DNA of 64,000 nt from Candidatus Parvarchaeota archaeon. Lineage in GTDB: Archaea; Nanobdellota; Nanobdellia; JAFCGN01. The DNA is taken from contig JAFCGN010000002.1 in assembly GCA_017608045.1 (NCBI GenBank), positions 24,596-88,595 on the forward strand, read 5' to 3'. The position numbers and the translations under genes were made by a program. The stretch's first letter is position 1. Each line of letters opens with the position of its first letter. Shown here piece by piece: positions 61,522 to 64,000 of the stretch. Below the pieces are notes generated by a model. The model was not told where the DNA came from. It made no database searches and worked only from the letters and a program-made list of their open reading frames with translations.

Positions 61522-61786
61522 TTTAAAACACCTCACAATTTCTTGATTTTTAAAATCTGATTGTGATTTTTTAACTATCTTTTAAAAAATAAATCTCTCT
61601 TAAAAAGATTACTATTATGTGATTTTAGTGTGAGAATACTTTATTTACATTTATCATAAAGTTTATTAAAGATTATTAAATTAGATTTCATATGATTTTG
61701 TTAAGAATTTGTCCGACCAATTAACATTTACAACAATTTTTGTTCTAAAAATATTTTTAAATTAAACATTTATTTTTATTTGAGGT

Positions 61787-63712
61787 GTGTTTATGAAAAT
61801 TAAAATTACTTTGCCTGATAAGTCTCAAAAGATTTTTGATTCAGGAATTACTTGTTATGAAATTGCAAAAGAAGTTAATCCAAGATTAAGTAAAGAAGCT
61901 TTAGCATGTTTTGTAAATGATGATTTAAAAGATTTAAACGCACCACTTACTTCAAACGCTAAAATTAGATTTGTTACATTTAATGATGAAGAAGGAAAAA
62001 AAGTTTTTTGGCATTCAAGTGCGCATATTTTAGCAATGGCTGTAAAAGAACTTTTTCCAAAAGCAAAGATGACAATAGGTCCTGCAATTGAAAAAGGGTT
62101 TTACTATGATTTTTATGTAAAAAAGCCCTTTACAAAAGAAGATTTAGAAAAAATAGAGGAAAAAATGAGAGAAATAATTAAAAAGAAAATTCCTTTTGAA
62201 AGAAAAGAGATTTCAAAGAAAAAAGCGCAAGAACTATTTAAGAATAATGAGTTCAAGCTTGAATTAATAAAAGAACTTGAAACAAAGCCAAGTTTGTATT
62301 ATAATAATAAGTTCTTTGATTTATGTCGGGGACCGCATGTGCCAAATACAGGGTATGTAAAAGCAATAAAATTACTTTCAACATCAAGCGCGTATTGGAG
62401 AGGCAAAAGCGATGGAAAAGTTTTAATGAGGATTTATGGAATTAGTTTTCCAAAGCAAAAAATGCTTAAAGAATATTTGGATTTTCTTGAAGAAGTTGAA
62501 AAAAGAAACCATATAAAACTCGGGAAACAATTAGAATTGTACTCATTTCACCCTGAAGCGCCTGGCATGCCTTTTTTTCATGATAAAGGAGTTAAACTAT
62601 GGAACAACATTATGAATTATTGGAAGGAAGAGCATGAGAAGCTTGGGTATAAACAAGTAATGACTCCAATGATTTTAAGCGCTGAACTTTGGGAGAGAAG
62701 CGGTCACTTTAAGTATTACAAGGAGAATATGTATTGCTTAGAAATAGAAGGAAAAGAACAAGCAGTTAAACCAATGAATTGTCCTGGAGGCATGCTGATG
62801 TATAAAGAGAAAAGCCATTCATACAGGGAGTTTCCTTTAAAAGTTGCTGAACTCGGTGTCGTGCACAGGCATGAGCTTAGTGGTGTGTTAAGCGGTTTGT
62901 TTAGGGTAAGGAAATTTACTCAAGATGATGCGCATATTTATATGACAAAAGAACAAATAGTCCCAACACTTAAGGAAACAATTAACCTTGTTATTAGAAT
63001 GTATGAGACTTTTGGCGTTCCATTAGACCATGTGGAATTATCAACAAGACCTGAGAAGAGTATAGGATCTGATGAGCAATGGGAGTTAGCTGAGAATACA
63101 TTAAAGCAAGCACTTGATGAATTAAAATTGAATTACAAAATTAATGAAGGAGATGGAGCTTTTTACGGTCCGAAAATAGACTTTCACATCAAGGATGTCT
63201 TGGGCAGGACTTGGCAGTGTGGCACAATACAAGTTGATTTTGCTCAACCAGATAATTTTGATTTAACTTATATTGGGCCTGATAATAAGAAACACAGGCC
63301 AGTTATGATTCATAGAACAGTGTTAGGAAGTCTTGAAAGGTTTATGGCAATACTTGTTGAGAATTACGCAGGAGCTTTTCCATTATGGCTTGCACCAGAA
63401 CAAGTTAGAATAATTCCTATAGCAGACAGGCATCTTAGTTTTGCGAGAGAAATTGGCAATCAATTCTTTAAGAATAAAATAAGATATGAGATTGATGATA
63501 ATCAAGAGACAGTAGAGTACAGAATTCGTAAAGCACAATTACAAAAAGTGCCTTTAATCATTGTGATTGGAGATAAGGAAGAAAAGAATAAGACTCTTGC
63601 TGTAAGAACAAGGGATGGTAAAGTCAAGTTCGGCGTGAGAATCCCAGAACTCATTAAGTACGTGAACAAGGAAGTCCTGAGGAGAAGCAATGAATTAAGC
63701 CTTAAGCTTTAA
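61787..63712 (+). CDS. thrS: threonyl-tRNA synthetase
   Basis: An N-terminal TGS domain, an N2 editing-like domain (HSSAHILAMAV), class II motifs (FRVRKFTQDDAHIY and HRTVLGSLERFMAIL), and an anticodon-binding C-terminus. Confidence 0.9.
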   Translation: MFMKIKITLPDKSQKIFDSGITCYEIAKEVNPRLSKEALACFVNDDLKDLNAPLTSNAKIRFVTFNDEEGKKVFWHSSAHILAMAVKELFPKAKMTIGPAIEKGFYYDFYVKKPFTKEDLEKIEEKMREIIKKKIPFERKEISKKKAQELFKNNEFKLELIKELETKPSLYYNNKFFDLCRGPHVPNTGYVKAIKLLSTSSAYWRGKSDGKVLMRIYGISFPKQKMLKEYLDFLEEVEKRNHIKLGKQLELYSFHPEAPGMPFFHDKGVKLWNNIMNYWKEEHEKLGYKQVMTPMILSAELWERSGHFKYYKENMYCLEIEGKEQAVKPMNCPGGMLMYKEKSHSYREFPLKVAELGVVHRHELSGVLSGLFRVRKFTQDDAHIYMTKEQIVPTLKETINLVIRMYETFGVPLDHVELSTRPEKSIGSDEQWELAENTLKQALDELKLNYKINEGDGAFYGPKIDFHIKDVLGRTWQCGTIQVDFAQPDNFDLTYIGPDNKKHRPVMIHRTVLGSLERFMAILVENYAGAFPLWLAPEQVRIIPIADRHLSFAREIGNQFFKNKIRYEIDDNQETVEYRIRKAQLQKVPLIIVIGDKEEKNKTLAVRTRDGKVKFGVRIPELIKYVNKEVLRRSNELSLKL

Positions 63713-63720
63713 TTCCTTTC

Positions 63721-63990
63721 TTATTTCTTTTTCATTATCAACTCCCTTTTTAGTATTTTTTCTGCTTTCTCTTCTAAATCCTTTAATAATTCTTTTTCAA
63801 TTTTCTTTTTTCCCTTACTATAATAATCAGTTCTTACAGCAATCATTATCTTACTCGCAAGCAACCTATCTATTCTTCCTCTCTTATTCTTAGCACTTAA
63901 GACTAAGGAGTGTTGTAGTATTAAACCATGCTTTGGAGGTTTTGCTCCGCTTCTTAAATGCCTGAATAAGGCTTTCTCAGCACCAAGCAC
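63721..63990 (-). CDS. hypothetical small basic protein with a GTG start, possibly S4-like RNA-binding
   Basis: An 89-aa ORF closed upstream by an in-frame TAG at 63993..63995; [13 protein letters not shown] is weakly S4-like. Confidence 0.3.
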   Translation of the reverse strand: MLGAEKALFRHLRSGAKPPKHGLILQHSLVLSAKNKRGRIDRLLASKIMIAVRTDYYSKGKKKIEKELLKDLEEKAEKILKRELIMKKK

Positions 63991-64000
63991 TAACTAATTC

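Overview
The window reads as a fragment of a small, AT-rich archaeal genome, most likely a DPANN-type archaeon. This rests on topoisomerase VI A/B, a thermosome, a RIO kinase next to a KH-domain protein, Sec61beta, archaeal-type tRNA introns, an archaeal 16S 5' end, and K/I/N-rich proteins with GC-rich RNA genes. Most of the window is housekeeping.

Housekeeping content:
- A PorGDA pyruvate:ferredoxin oxidoreductase cluster next to the ADP-forming acetyl-CoA synthetase subunits.
- Thymidylate kinase, endonuclease IV, and four aminoacyl-tRNA synthetases (Cys, Leu, Thr).
- UPP synthase plus geranylgeranyl reductase, AMP phosphorylase, a DRG GTPase and an ABC-2 exporter.

RNA genes:
- A 23S rRNA on the minus strand and a 16S rRNA on the plus strand, unlinked and each flanked by its own processing helix.
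- Five tRNAs: Gly-CCC, Glu-UUC with an intron, Leu with an encoded AAG anticodon, Ala-UGC, and Ile-UAU with an intron.
- One GC-rich structured ncRNA of about 325 nt, possibly SRP RNA.

Less ordinary content:
- A roughly 3.8 kb segment bounded by perfect 33-bp direct repeats. It carries an HD hydrolase translationally coupled to a 714-aa protein ending in a PEP-utilising ATP-grasp (PPDK_N) domain, an Lrp regulator and 418 bp of non-coding DNA.
- An 11 kb minus-strand type IV pilus locus. It has a secretion ATPase, a split TadB/TadC-like membrane platform, one canonical archaeal pilin and several pilin-like secreted proteins, one of them 1032 aa and Asn-rich.
- A 663-aa protein built from seven tandem 25-aa repeats.
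- A perfect 54-bp in-frame tandem duplication inside the DRG GTPase.
- A duplicated promoter and gene start within a small family of Lys-rich paralogs.

No CRISPR array, transposase or integrase was seen.
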